Program-made: the position numbers and the translations under genes
Shown here: positions 9,152-17,799 of the stretch, piece after piece
How positions within the stretch are numbered: position 1 is the first letter of the stretch
How the letters are laid out: each line of letters opens with the position of its first letter
The notes under the pieces: generated by a model
The model's input: the letters and a program-made list of their open reading frames with translations, nothing else
What the model was told of the DNA's origin: nothing
The model's database searches: none
IMG/VR virus record: IMGVR_UViG_3300032225_000920
Coordinates: 1 to 29,649 of that record
Length of the DNA stretch: 29,649 bases
From: a virus
Taxonomy: Duplodnaviria; Caudoviricetes
Direction: 5' to 3' (one strand)

Positions 9152-9586
9152 ATGCCAACTGTTATAGAACGCCCAGATCCACAAGACCCAGGTTTTATGC
9201 CAAAAGTCTCAGAGTTTATAGCCTTACGTAGTCGTATTGACGACATGAGTAAACAACGAGACTCAATTAAAGTAGACTTGTCAGAGCTCGTTGATACTAT
9301 AGGCGAGCCTGATGAAAAAGGTAACCTATGGCTCCGTCTTCCCCACGAAGTTGACGGATTTACATCCTTACAGCGCCAACGCAAAGTATCCCAATCTTTA
9401 GATGAGGATGTTGCAGAAGACCTTCTTAAAGAAAAAGGTTTGTATGACCGCTGTTACGCAATGCTTCCAGTTCTTAAAGAAGACGAAGTTATGGCATGTC
9501 TATACGAAGGACTTATCACAGAAGCAGAAGTTGATAAGATGTTTCCAAAAAGAGTGTCGTATGCGTTCCTTACTAGCAAGGCTTAA
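9152..9586 (+). CDS. Hypothetical protein
   Basis: 144 aa ORF with strong SD and an N-terminal coiled-coil-like segment. Confidence 0.75.
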   Translation: MPTVIERPDPQDPGFMPKVSEFIALRSRIDDMSKQRDSIKVDLSELVDTIGEPDEKGNLWLRLPHEVDGFTSLQRQRKVSQSLDEDVAEDLLKEKGLYDRCYAMLPVLKEDEVMACLYEGLITEAEVDKMFPKRVSYAFLTSKA

Positions 9587-9588
9587 CA

Positions 9589-10056
9589 ATGGAAGATCAG
9601 GTAGACAAGTTCTTTGGGGGCTTAGATGATTTTTATCCGGGCTCTAAGAAAAAGCGTCGTCCTGTAGACCCAAACGCTAAGCCAAAGAAAGTAAAAGAAG
9701 AAGGATCCTGGGATGCAAATCCACAGGTTAAAAAATTACCTAACGGAAACGTGGTAGAATTATATAGTGCGGGGTCATTGTGCCAAGCACTAGGAAGACC
9801 GATAGTTACTGTAAGGCTTTGGGAACGAAAAGGTTATATACCACGTGCACCCTATCGCCTAAAGTCAATCATCGTAGATGGGGTAAAAAAGCCTGGATGG
9901 CGGATGTACTCTAAAGCAATGATCGAAGCAACTGTTAAGATCTTCAACTCTCGTGGACTCCTAGAGGCTCCGAGAATTGATTGGAATCGTTATCCAGATA
10001 TGTCAATTGAATTGGCAGAATCTTGGAAAGTGATTCATGATCAAGAAACAAACTAA
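9589..10056 (+). CDS. MerR-like HTH DNA-binding protein
   Basis: YSAGSLCQALGRPIVTVRLWERKGYIP...GWRMYS pattern. Confidence 0.75.
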   Translation: MEDQVDKFFGGLDDFYPGSKKKRRPVDPNAKPKKVKEEGSWDANPQVKKLPNGNVVELYSAGSLCQALGRPIVTVRLWERKGYIPRAPYRLKSIIVDGVKKPGWRMYSKAMIEATVKIFNSRGLLEAPRIDWNRYPDMSIELAESWKVIHDQETN

Positions 10057-10115
10057 TCACCCAGCGTAAAGTCTCATCCGAGACTCAGCTATCAGCCAAG
10101 TAAAGAAAGGAAGCC

Positions 10116-10820
10116 ATGAGCGCTTCATTAAAAATACAAAAGGATCTACCAAACGTAGGTTCTTACGCAGCAACAACACCTAACCAAGAAGAGTTAGAAG
10201 AACTCTTTGCCCCTGAAGATGAGAACGAAGTTCCTTCTCACTCATCTGTTATTCAATCAGGTTGGAGTGCAGCTAAGAAAGCTGTAGCCAAGTCAACAAA
10301 AACCTTCGCAACGGATTTCCGTTTTGACGAAGATGTTCAACTCATCAAATTCATATCTGACGAACCAATGGTATTCATGCAGCATTGGATCAATCGTCCA
10401 GGTAAAAAGTCATTCATTAGTATCGGTGAAGATGATCCACTGATTGCAGTGGGTAGTAAACCAGACCAAAAGTTTGCGTTTACTGTTCTTAACCTTTCTG
10501 ATGAAGACCCACAGTTACAACTAATGGTTGTTGGAGTTCGTCTATGTGGTCAGCTTGAGAAGCTTGCCTCAAATACTAAGACAGGCCCACTCAATCGTCC
10601 TGACCTATATTGGGCAGTAAGCAAGACTGGTCAAGGTACCAAAACTTCTTACTCCGTTGTTCCTGTAAAAGAGCGCGACCTCGCTGATGAATGGGAAATC
10701 GATCCTATTGCAGCTGCTGAGTTAATCAAAACAATGAAACCTCTTGGACAAGATTCTCTCCACATGTCCACTAAGGCAGAACTTGCAGAGATTGCTCGTG
10801 AAATTGCAGCAAGCAACTAG
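10116..10820 (+). CDS. Putative single-stranded DNA-binding protein (gp32-like)
   Basis: QHWI and KTGQGTKTSYSVVP motifs; acidic; immediately upstream of the DNA polymerase; SD AGAAAGGA. Confidence 0.6.
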   Translation: MSASLKIQKDLPNVGSYAATTPNQEELEELFAPEDENEVPSHSSVIQSGWSAAKKAVAKSTKTFATDFRFDEDVQLIKFISDEPMVFMQHWINRPGKKSFISIGEDDPLIAVGSKPDQKFAFTVLNLSDEDPQLQLMVVGVRLCGQLEKLASNTKTGPLNRPDLYWAVSKTGQGTKTSYSVVPVKERDLADEWEIDPIAAAELIKTMKPLGQDSLHMSTKAELAEIAREIAASN

Positions 10821-10836
10821 TCATACCCATTAACTT

Positions 10837-10874
10837 GAGGGGCCCGGTCTTACCTCCTTTCTCACGGGCCCCTC
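10837..10874 (+). promoter_or_regulatory. GC-rich hairpin with an anti-SD sequence in its loop
   Basis: GAGGGGCCCG / CGGGCCCCTC 10-bp stem; 18-nt loop containing ACCTCCTTTCT; no U-tract. Confidence 0.7.
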
Positions 10875-10892
10875 TACTAGCAGAGGAGAGCA

Positions 10893-12869
10893 ATGAATAT
10901 TATTACCACTTTAGATAAATTAGAGGATCTTGTTTCTTATTACAGTAAACAAGAAGCCTTTGTCTTTGACGTGGAAACTGTCGGGGATCATCGGGGAGAC
11001 CCACGCCAGAATATAATTACCTGGATCGCATTGGCGACCGAAGGTCGTGTGGATGTTATTCCTATGGGCCATCCAAATGGAGATTATATTCGTACAGAAT
11101 ATCCATTGCTACCCTCCGCACAAGATAGAATTATTAAAGGTTTGCCTATCCGCCCTTCAGACTACAGCAAGGATGAGCGTAAGGCTACAAAGATTTTTAC
11201 TGAGGCCCCAGAGCAACTAATGCCGGGTGAAGTGTTTAAGGCACTAAAGCCTTTATTCTTTAGTGACAAGGTTAAGATTGGTCACAATTTAAAGTTTGAC
11301 CTGCAGAGTGTTACCAAGTATCTTGGTGCCCTGCCAGCGCAGCCGTATGCTTGTACTCTCAATGCTGCGTTTATTATTAACACTCAAAACCGACTTAACC
11401 TTGGTCTTGCTGATTGTTTGAAGCGTGAGTTTGGTTACAATATGGTCAAAGGTGTAGGTAAAGAAGTAGAAGTATACTCCTTTGATGAGGTCGCCACCTA
11501 CGCTGGTCTTGATGCTGAATGGACTTGGAAGCTTTGGAATAAGTACTCAAGTAAATTAGATACTGATAACCTTCGTGGTTTATTCACCTTAGAGATGGAT
11601 GTTCTTGAGGTAATCTCTACCATGGAACTTCGTGGCGCAGACATTGATGTTAATGAATTAGGAAAGCTTAAGGTTAATTTAGAGACGCAATTAGAGACTA
11701 CTAAGGCTAATATCTATAAGCTTGCTGGCAAAGCATTTAATATTAATAGCGTGCCTGAAAAACAAAAGATCTTATTTTCTAAGAAAGCAGACGGGGGTCG
11801 TGGTCTTCGACCTAAAGTCTTAACTCCTGCTGGTGAAAAGCGCATTGATGCTGGGTCGGAGTCTACAGTTTCTGATTTCTCTGTAGCAGAGCCTGCTCTA
11901 AAAATGTTTGCCGGTAAAGATGCTTTAGTAGATGAGATGCTAAATTATTCTGATGTTAACAAGTTGTTAACTACTTACGTTATCCCGTACATGGGTGGGG
12001 ATATAACTCGTACACTTCTTGGTAAGTCTAAGACTGTTGCAAAGAAAAGTTTATTGCTAAAGGGTAGGATCCACACAGACTTTATTCAGTATGGTGCAGA
12101 GACTGGGCGTTTCTCTAGTCGTAATCCGAACCTACAAAATGTGCCTAATGCTTCGTCTGATAATGGTAAAGCAATTCGTAACTTATTTGTTGCGCCAGAA
12201 GGTAGCAAGCTTGTAGTAGCCGACTACTCTCAGATTGAACCTCGTGTGCTTGCGTCCTTTAGTGGCGATAGAATTATGTGTACTTCTTATATGGAGGGCG
12301 TAGATATCTATACTACTATTGGTAATACTGTGGGGGTAAATCGTAGTGCTGCAAAGACCCTAGTACTTGCAATGATGTACGGTGTTGGTCCAGATAAGAT
12401 TGCCGATTCTATTGGGGTATCTGTTAATGAGGCCCGTAATCTATTGGACGCATTTATGGCTAAGTTTCCCTCAGTAGCTAAGTACAAGAAGCAGGTAATC
12501 AATGAGAGCCGTAGACGTGGTCCGGTACCTTATGCCCTGACCTATTTAAACCGTCGTAGGTATATCCCGGACCTAAGATCAAATGTCATGTGGCAACGCT
12601 CTAGAGCAGAACGACAGGCCTTTAATACGGTCATCCAGGGGTCTTCAGCAGATCTCATAAAACTTGCTATGATTAGGGCACATAAGTTGATTCCGGATGA
12701 GTCAAGTTTAATTCTGACTATTCACGATGAATTAGTAACTGTTACTCCAGATCATTTAGCTGAAGAAACGGCTGCAGCAATTCGTGAAGCTATGGAAGGT
12801 ATTAAGGCGCTTAATATCCCTATGATCGCAGAGGTAAAGACCGTACAACGTTGGGGAGAAGCCAAGTAA
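10893..12869 (+). CDS. polA: Family A DNA polymerase with 3'-5' exonuclease
   Basis: ExoI FDVET, ExoII GHNLKFD, ExoIII YAGLDA; TGRFSSRNPNLQN; motif A ADYSQIE; motif B RSAAKTLVLAMMYG; motif C TIHDELV. Confidence 0.95.
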   Translation: MNIITTLDKLEDLVSYYSKQEAFVFDVETVGDHRGDPRQNIITWIALATEGRVDVIPMGHPNGDYIRTEYPLLPSAQDRIIKGLPIRPSDYSKDERKATKIFTEAPEQLMPGEVFKALKPLFFSDKVKIGHNLKFDLQSVTKYLGALPAQPYACTLNAAFIINTQNRLNLGLADCLKREFGYNMVKGVGKEVEVYSFDEVATYAGLDAEWTWKLWNKYSSKLDTDNLRGLFTLEMDVLEVISTMELRGADIDVNELGKLKVNLETQLETTKANIYKLAGKAFNINSVPEKQKILFSKKADGGRGLRPKVLTPAGEKRIDAGSESTVSDFSVAEPALKMFAGKDALVDEMLNYSDVNKLLTTYVIPYMGGDITRTLLGKSKTVAKKSLLLKGRIHTDFIQYGAETGRFSSRNPNLQNVPNASSDNGKAIRNLFVAPEGSKLVVADYSQIEPRVLASFSGDRIMCTSYMEGVDIYTTIGNTVGVNRSAAKTLVLAMMYGVGPDKIADSIGVSVNEARNLLDAFMAKFPSVAKYKKQVINESRRRGPVPYALTYLNRRRYIPDLRSNVMWQRSRAERQAFNTVIQGSSADLIKLAMIRAHKLIPDESSLILTIHDELVTVTPDHLAEETAAAIREAMEGIKALNIPMIAEVKTVQRWGEAK

Positions 12870-13303
12870 TGTTTTGGAATAAAAAGACTAAAGCAAAACG
12901 TGTAGAGACTAGTCATGTACCTCTGCCTGTTTTAATCCGACAGGTTATTTATGATACTATGTTGATGCCAGCAGAAGAGATTGCATCTGTAATGGGGCTT
13001 CCCCCTATTTCAGATGATGTTGCTGAAATGGAAGAGATTGAAAGCCAAAAACGTTTAGAAAAGTTTGCATCTCTAATTCCTTTTATAGACTCACACTCAG
13101 ATATTGCAGCAAAGATTGCAGCATCAGCGTATATGATTGAAGATGAAGAAGAGGATTACGGAGAATTAGAAAAACTTGGTATAGAAGATTTAGAGCAACT
13201 TACAAAGTTATTTAGGCTTGTTGCCTTGTCTTCTTCTATATCTTGTGTATCAACCTTATTTAATCTAGGACTGATAAAGTCATTGGCGGTAGATGATGAG
13301 TAG
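12869..13303 (+). CDS. Hypothetical protein
   Basis: ATG 12869 is coupled to the polymerase stop (TAATG). Confidence 0.7.
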   Translation: MFWNKKTKAKRVETSHVPLPVLIRQVIYDTMLMPAEEIASVMGLPPISDDVAEMEEIESQKRLEKFASLIPFIDSHSDIAAKIAASAYMIEDEEEDYGELEKLGIEDLEQLTKLFRLVALSSSISCVSTLFNLGLIKSLAVDDE

Positions 13304-13682
13304 TAATTGGTGGGCTAATAAATTAGGTGGGGTTCCAAACTCTACACCTACTCCGGCTACATCTCCCCCACCGGGAAATGTATATCGAGCAACGCCTGGT
13401 GCACCTAATACCCAAGTAAGTTATGACCCTAATCAAGATCAACTAGTAACTAAAGCACAAAGTGCACGGGTTTCGGATCGTTGTCCCGCATGTTATTCGG
13501 GAAATTATATGTCCTCACCCGGTGGTGGACGTATGCGTTGCTATGACTGTGGTTACCCAATCATTCAGCAAGGTTCTGGTTTATCTGGAACGGGTACTGG
13601 TAATGGTCCAGTCGTAGCATCAAAACAGGTGGGGCAAAGTGGCGGGTTTAATCCAACAACAATCGTAGGGAGACTAGAGTAA
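13293..13682 (+). CDS. Zinc-ribbon protein with Pro/Gly-rich flanks
   Basis: CPACYSGNY...RCYDCGYP. Confidence 0.7.
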   Translation: MMSSNWWANKLGGVPNSTPTPATSPPPGNVYRATPGAPNTQVSYDPNQDQLVTKAQSARVSDRCPACYSGNYMSSPGGGRMRCYDCGYPIIQQGSGLSGTGTGNGPVVASKQVGQSGGFNPTTIVGRLE

Positions 13683-14743
13683 TGGCTATTATTAATTCAG
13701 AGGCACTCAAGGTTGTAGCAAATATCAATAAGAAGCTTGGTGCAGGAACAGTTGTAACTGCAGATAAGGTTAAATTACCTGAACGTATTACTACCGGATC
13801 TTTAACACTTGATGTTGTGCTTGGTGGTGGGTGGCCTATGAACCACTGGGTTGAACTAGTTGGTGAAGCTTCACACGGTAAGACAGCATTAGCTCTTAAA
13901 ACTATTGGTGCTAATCAAAAGATCAACTCAGACTTTACTGCTGTTTGGATTGCTGCAGAAGCCTTTGATGCACAGTACGCAGAGCTTTGCGGGGTAGATA
14001 CCCAGCGTGTTATTCTTGTAGAGACTAATAGTATGGAGGATGCATTCGATGCCGTTATCCAGTTCATGGAAAGTAAGGCTGTTGACATGGTTGTTGTTGA
14101 TTCTCTCCCCGCTCTCGTTCCTTCAGCGGAAGACGAAAAACACATAGAAGAATTCACTGTGGGACGTGGAGCCCTCATCACGAACAAGTTCTTCAGAAAA
14201 GTAGCATCAGCTACAAAGCGTGACCTAGTAGAGGCAGAGCGCCCAGTACTAGGAATTATGATTAATCAATATCGTATGAAAATTGGAGTTATGCATGGAG
14301 ATCCTCGTACCACGCCAGGTGGTCTTGGAAAAGACTATGCCTATAGTATTAGAGCAGAAGTTAAGCGTGATGACTGGCTTGAGGTTGGAACTGGACAAGA
14401 TAAGCGCCGCGTTGGACAGACTATCCGCGTTAGAACCATTAAGAACAAGACCTTCCCACCACAGCAAACGGCGTATTTAGATTTTTATTTCTCCGAAGGT
14501 GGTGCAATTGATGCGGGTGGCTTTGATACCGGCAAGGAGATTGTGGCATTATCTATTCTTAATGGTATTGTAGACCGTCGTGGTGGGTGGATGTACTACG
14601 GTGATCGTAAGTGGCAAGGTGCTCAGGCATTAATTGACTCTTTACGAGAAGAAGTAGACTTAAGAGATGAGATTAGCCGTGCTGTAATGGACACATTAAA
14701 ATCAAATCCAGTTCTAATGGTAGAAGCAACTGATGAAAAGTGA
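13682..14743 (+). CDS. recA: RecA/UvsX-like recombinase
   Basis: TTGSLTLDVVLGGGWP, Walker A GEASHGKT, VVVDSLPALVP, INQYRMKIGVMHGDPRTTPGG, KNKTFPP. Confidence 0.93.
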   Translation: MAIINSEALKVVANINKKLGAGTVVTADKVKLPERITTGSLTLDVVLGGGWPMNHWVELVGEASHGKTALALKTIGANQKINSDFTAVWIAAEAFDAQYAELCGVDTQRVILVETNSMEDAFDAVIQFMESKAVDMVVVDSLPALVPSAEDEKHIEEFTVGRGALITNKFFRKVASATKRDLVEAERPVLGIMINQYRMKIGVMHGDPRTTPGGLGKDYAYSIRAEVKRDDWLEVGTGQDKRRVGQTIRVRTIKNKTFPPQQTAYLDFYFSEGGAIDAGGFDTGKEIVALSILNGIVDRRGGWMYYGDRKWQGAQALIDSLREEVDLRDEISRAVMDTLKSNPVLMVEATDEK

Positions 14744-15050
14744 AGGACAGAAACAATCTTTAAAGCATGAAAAACGTTTAGAAATAGTAGCAGGCGGTAA
14801 GCGCAGTGCCGCCTCTGGTGCATTTTGGTCTCGTAAAGGAGATGTCAGAAGTGACGATCTTTTAATAGAACACAAGTGGACTGGAAAGAAGTCAGTGACT
14901 ATTAAGTCAGAGGTACTTCAAAAGATTACAAAGGAAGCCATCCTAGATAGCCGTACTCCGGTTCTAGGGCTTCACCTTGATGGTGAGAATTACGTCGTTC
15001 TTTTAGAGGAGGATTTTTTTGAATTACGTAATTCAATAAGAGGTGAATAG
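14733..15050 (+). CDS. Holliday junction resolvase-like PD-(D/E)XK nuclease
   Basis: HEKRL...ASGA...KGDV...LIEHKWT. Confidence 0.75.
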   Translation: MKSEGQKQSLKHEKRLEIVAGGKRSAASGAFWSRKGDVRSDDLLIEHKWTGKKSVTIKSEVLQKITKEAILDSRTPVLGLHLDGENYVVLLEEDFFELRNSIRGE

Positions 15051-15382
15051 TGCGTTACAGCGATGACCCCAGTTGGACTTGGCGATATGAAGCGAAGTGC
15101 AAGGGAGAAGATACAGAGATATTTTTTCCACCACGAGATAAGGCTTTATATAAACCTATAGCTGACAAGGCTAAAGCAATCTGTTGGGGTACAGATGGCA
15201 AGCCAGAATGCCCGGTTAGACAAGAGTGTCTAAAGGAGGCTATAATGAATAATGAGCTGCACGGAATCTTTGGTGGCATGTCGCACAGAGAACGCAATGC
15301 GTCTCAGCGCAAGTATATAAAACAGGGGATCACTCTTGATGAGTGGTTGGAGAAAGAGGGCAGAAAGTATGGCAAAACCTAA
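15050..15382 (+). CDS. whiB: Second WhiB family protein
   Basis: W..EAKC...DTEIFFP...AKAIC(x8)CPVRQECL...GIFGGMSHRER. Confidence 0.88.
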   Translation: MRYSDDPSWTWRYEAKCKGEDTEIFFPPRDKALYKPIADKAKAICWGTDGKPECPVRQECLKEAIMNNELHGIFGGMSHRERNASQRKYIKQGITLDEWLEKEGRKYGKT

Positions 15383-16235
15383 GACTATCGCCAGCAAAGA
15401 TTTAAAAGCATTTCTTAATACAAGTAAACGAGAGACTCGTCTTATGGGTGCTCTAGAAAGACATGTTCTTTCTAAACCCTTTGATGAACGTGATATGAGT
15501 TATATCCACCCATCAGATATTATTAAAGAAGACTGGTGTGCGTTAGCTCAATACCATGCTGTAACAGGAAACTACACAGAGACCCGAGATAAAACTTCGG
15601 CTCGTCTTGCATCTATCTTTGCTGAAGGCCATATCATCCATGCTAAGTGGCAAAATTGGTTTGCTGAGATGGGTGTTCTTTACGGTAAGTGGCAAGATGA
15701 AACTGGTATCGGTTGGTCTTTGTCTAAAGATGTAGAAGTAGGTTGGGCAGAGTACAAAGAAGTCCCACTACGAAGTGATAAGCATATGATGCGTGGGCAT
15801 GCGGATGGTTGGATTAAAGGCTTAGGCGATGATTGCCTAATTGAAATTAAATCTATTGGGTCTGGAACTCTACGCTTTGAAGCTCCCGCAATTCTTCAGC
15901 AGGCTAATGGGGATATAGAACAGGCTTGGAAGCAAATCAAAACCCCATTTCGTATGCACCAACTTCAGGGCCAGGTATACCTACATCTTTGCCATCTAAT
16001 GGTGGAAGAAGGTTTGCTTGAGACTGCGCCTAAAGAGATTGTATTTATCTATGAACTTAAAGCCAACCAAGACTATAAAGAGTTTGTAGTAGCTTACAAC
16101 CCAGAGTTTACCAAGGAGATCTTTGATAAGGCTCTAGATATTGCATGGGCAGCTGAAAACAAACGTCCGCCGGTATGTAGTATTGATCCAGCTAAAGGAT
16201 GTAAGCGTTGCGAACCATTCCAGGAGGCAAAATGA
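15369..16235 (+). CDS. Cas4-like PD-(D/E)XK exonuclease
   Basis: HPSD..WC, EGHIIHAKWQ, GHADG...IEIKS, QGQVY, C-terminal C-x7-CKRC. Start moved to ATG 15369. Confidence 0.8.
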   Translation: MAKPKTIASKDLKAFLNTSKRETRLMGALERHVLSKPFDERDMSYIHPSDIIKEDWCALAQYHAVTGNYTETRDKTSARLASIFAEGHIIHAKWQNWFAEMGVLYGKWQDETGIGWSLSKDVEVGWAEYKEVPLRSDKHMMRGHADGWIKGLGDDCLIEIKSIGSGTLRFEAPAILQQANGDIEQAWKQIKTPFRMHQLQGQVYLHLCHLMVEEGLLETAPKEIVFIYELKANQDYKEFVVAYNPEFTKEIFDKALDIAWAAENKRPPVCSIDPAKGCKRCEPFQEAK

Positions 16236-16714
16236 GTATCAGTAGAGATGTATTAGCAGCAGTAAACGAGCTTGGGTTTTCATTAACCCCTAAGCCTGAG
16301 ATTGACATTCCTATGCTTCCTCGAGATATTACTGAGTTAGATGATGAAGGTCTGATGGATCTATTCGTTCAGTTCACACAATGGAATGATCACCTTGCTG
16401 GGGCACAGGCTATTGCTATCATCAATGAGCGTGAGGCTCAGCGCAATCTAGATAATGCAGAGGCTAAAGCCATGCTTAAGCATTGGACTGGAGCTAAAGG
16501 TGATCGTGTTGCTTTGGTCAAGGCACAGATTGCAGATAGCCAAGACATTCAAGATCTACACCACGAGCTTGATGTTAAGTATGCATTTCGTAAGTTAATT
16601 GAAACTAGAACTATGAATGTAGAGCGAGATTCACAACTTGTTTCTCGTGAGCTTACACGTCGTACTTCAGATGGTGGCGGAATGAGAGCTAGAACACGGA
16701 GGTTCAACACATGA
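16232..16714 (+). CDS. Hypothetical coiled-coil protein
   Basis: SD CAGGAGG then ATG 16232; helical; ends in VSRELTRR. Lies in the recombination module. Confidence 0.7.
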   Translation: MSISRDVLAAVNELGFSLTPKPEIDIPMLPRDITELDDEGLMDLFVQFTQWNDHLAGAQAIAIINEREAQRNLDNAEAKAMLKHWTGAKGDRVALVKAQIADSQDIQDLHHELDVKYAFRKLIETRTMNVERDSQLVSRELTRRTSDGGGMRARTRRFNT

Positions 16715-16872
16715 CCGAAGCAGAGATTAGAGAGAAAGTAGCTCTAGAGTTAGAGGCTTTGTATTTTGCTGCAAAGGAAAATTATCCTGAAGTAGAGGGC
16801 CAATCTCATATGCCAAAAGATATACGTAAAGCTTATATAGATTCCATATTAACTGTAAGGGGTGTACTATGA
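16711..16872 (+). CDS. Small hypothetical protein, 53 aa (not in ORF track)
   Basis: MTEAEIREKVALELEALYF...TVRGVL; SD GGAGG; ATGA overlaps with both neighbours. Confidence 0.7.
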   Translation: MTEAEIREKVALELEALYFAAKENYPEVEGQSHMPKDIRKAYIDSILTVRGVL

Positions 16873-17414
16873 TCATAGGTCTAACAGGTTACGCACGTTC
16901 TGGAAAAGATACTGTCGCTAACATCCTTGTAGAAAATTACGGGTATACCCGCGTAGCTTTTGCAGATAAAATAAAAGAACTCTTATATGAAATGAATCCA
17001 CAAGTCGGCTCTACTAGAATACGATCTTTGGTCAGTGAGTATGGTTGGGAAGTTGCAAAGTCAAGCCCAGAAGTAAGGCACTTACTGCAAGAGCTTGGCG
17101 TTGGTGCACGTAATATATTTGGGCCAGGCTTTTGGGTTCATGAGGCAATGAAAACTATGCTTGATGATCCTAGGCCAGATATGAACTATGTAGTAACAGA
17201 TGTTAGATTTCTTAATGAAGCAGATATGATTAAGGCTAATAACGGACAAGTTTGGAGAATAAAACGACTTGGTGTTGAGCCCGTTAATAGTCATCTATCT
17301 GAGACTCAAATGGATGCATATCAAGTTGACCAAATATTTATCAATAACGGCACCTTAGATGACCTAGAAGCCCTAATTAAGGTGAGGATGTCAGGGTATG
17401 CCAAGTCAAAGTAG
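16869..17414 (+). CDS. Deoxynucleoside monophosphate kinase (T4 gp1-like)
   Basis: IIGLTGYARSGKDT, AFADKIK, RHLLQELG, VVTDVRFLNEA, HLSE. Confidence 0.88.
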   Translation: MIIGLTGYARSGKDTVANILVENYGYTRVAFADKIKELLYEMNPQVGSTRIRSLVSEYGWEVAKSSPEVRHLLQELGVGARNIFGPGFWVHEAMKTMLDDPRPDMNYVVTDVRFLNEADMIKANNGQVWRIKRLGVEPVNSHLSETQMDAYQVDQIFINNGTLDDLEALIKVRMSGYAKSK

Positions 17415-17754
17415 GAAACATCGTGGATATAGGTCACAAAAAGTTGTTGCAAACTACCTTGCAGAGCATGGGTTTCCTTTTGCGGAATCCACTGGCGCTG
17501 GTAGGCCTGGAACTGATGTTACCGGTACTGTTGGGATTGACTGGGAAGTAAAAGCTCGCAAGGATTTCAACCCTAGCGCTGTAATTAAGCAGCTTAAAGA
17601 TCGTTCTGATGGGAAAGATCTACCCGTTGCTGTACTGCGCTTAAACGGGCAGGGAGAGGCTTCTATAGGGGAATGGGTGACCATCCTTAGACTAGAAGAT
17701 TTTGTAAATCTTTTAAGACTTGCTGGTTATGGAGACCCTGTAGAGACAGCTTAA
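17398..17754 (+). CDS. Second resolvase-like PD-(D/E)XK nuclease
   Basis: SRKHRG...VANYL...GTDVTG...WEVKAR. Confidence 0.72.
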   Translation: MPSQSRKHRGYRSQKVVANYLAEHGFPFAESTGAGRPGTDVTGTVGIDWEVKARKDFNPSAVIKQLKDRSDGKDLPVAVLRLNGQGEASIGEWVTILRLEDFVNLLRLAGYGDPVETA

Positions 17755-17788
17755 GGTATAGTTTCCCTAGGTGGGCACATACCTTAAG
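17750..17788 (+). promoter_or_regulatory. Inverted repeat overlapping the ribosome binding site of the SpoVS-like gene
   Basis: CTTAAGGTAT (17750-17759) / ATACCTTAAG (17779-17788), with inner CCC/GGG pairing. Confidence 0.55.
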
Positions 17789-17799
17789 GACTACAAATC

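Noticed and set aside
10821-10863. Minus-strand gene using AGAAAGGAGGT as its SD
   Set aside because: The nearest ATG is 21 nt downstream, too far, and is followed by a stop after two codons.
10893-12869. DpoZ-type (aminoadenine) polymerase
   Set aside because: No purZ, datZ or mazZ-like genes in the window, and no diagnostic feature can be verified by eye.
10893-14743. Intein or intron in the polymerase or recA
   Set aside because: Both ORFs are continuous and of ordinary size; the insertions are short and lack intein terminal motifs.
15369-16235. Cas4-like gene as evidence of a CRISPR-Cas system
   Set aside because: No repeat-spacer array or other cas genes were seen; solo Cas4-like nucleases are common in phage recombination modules.
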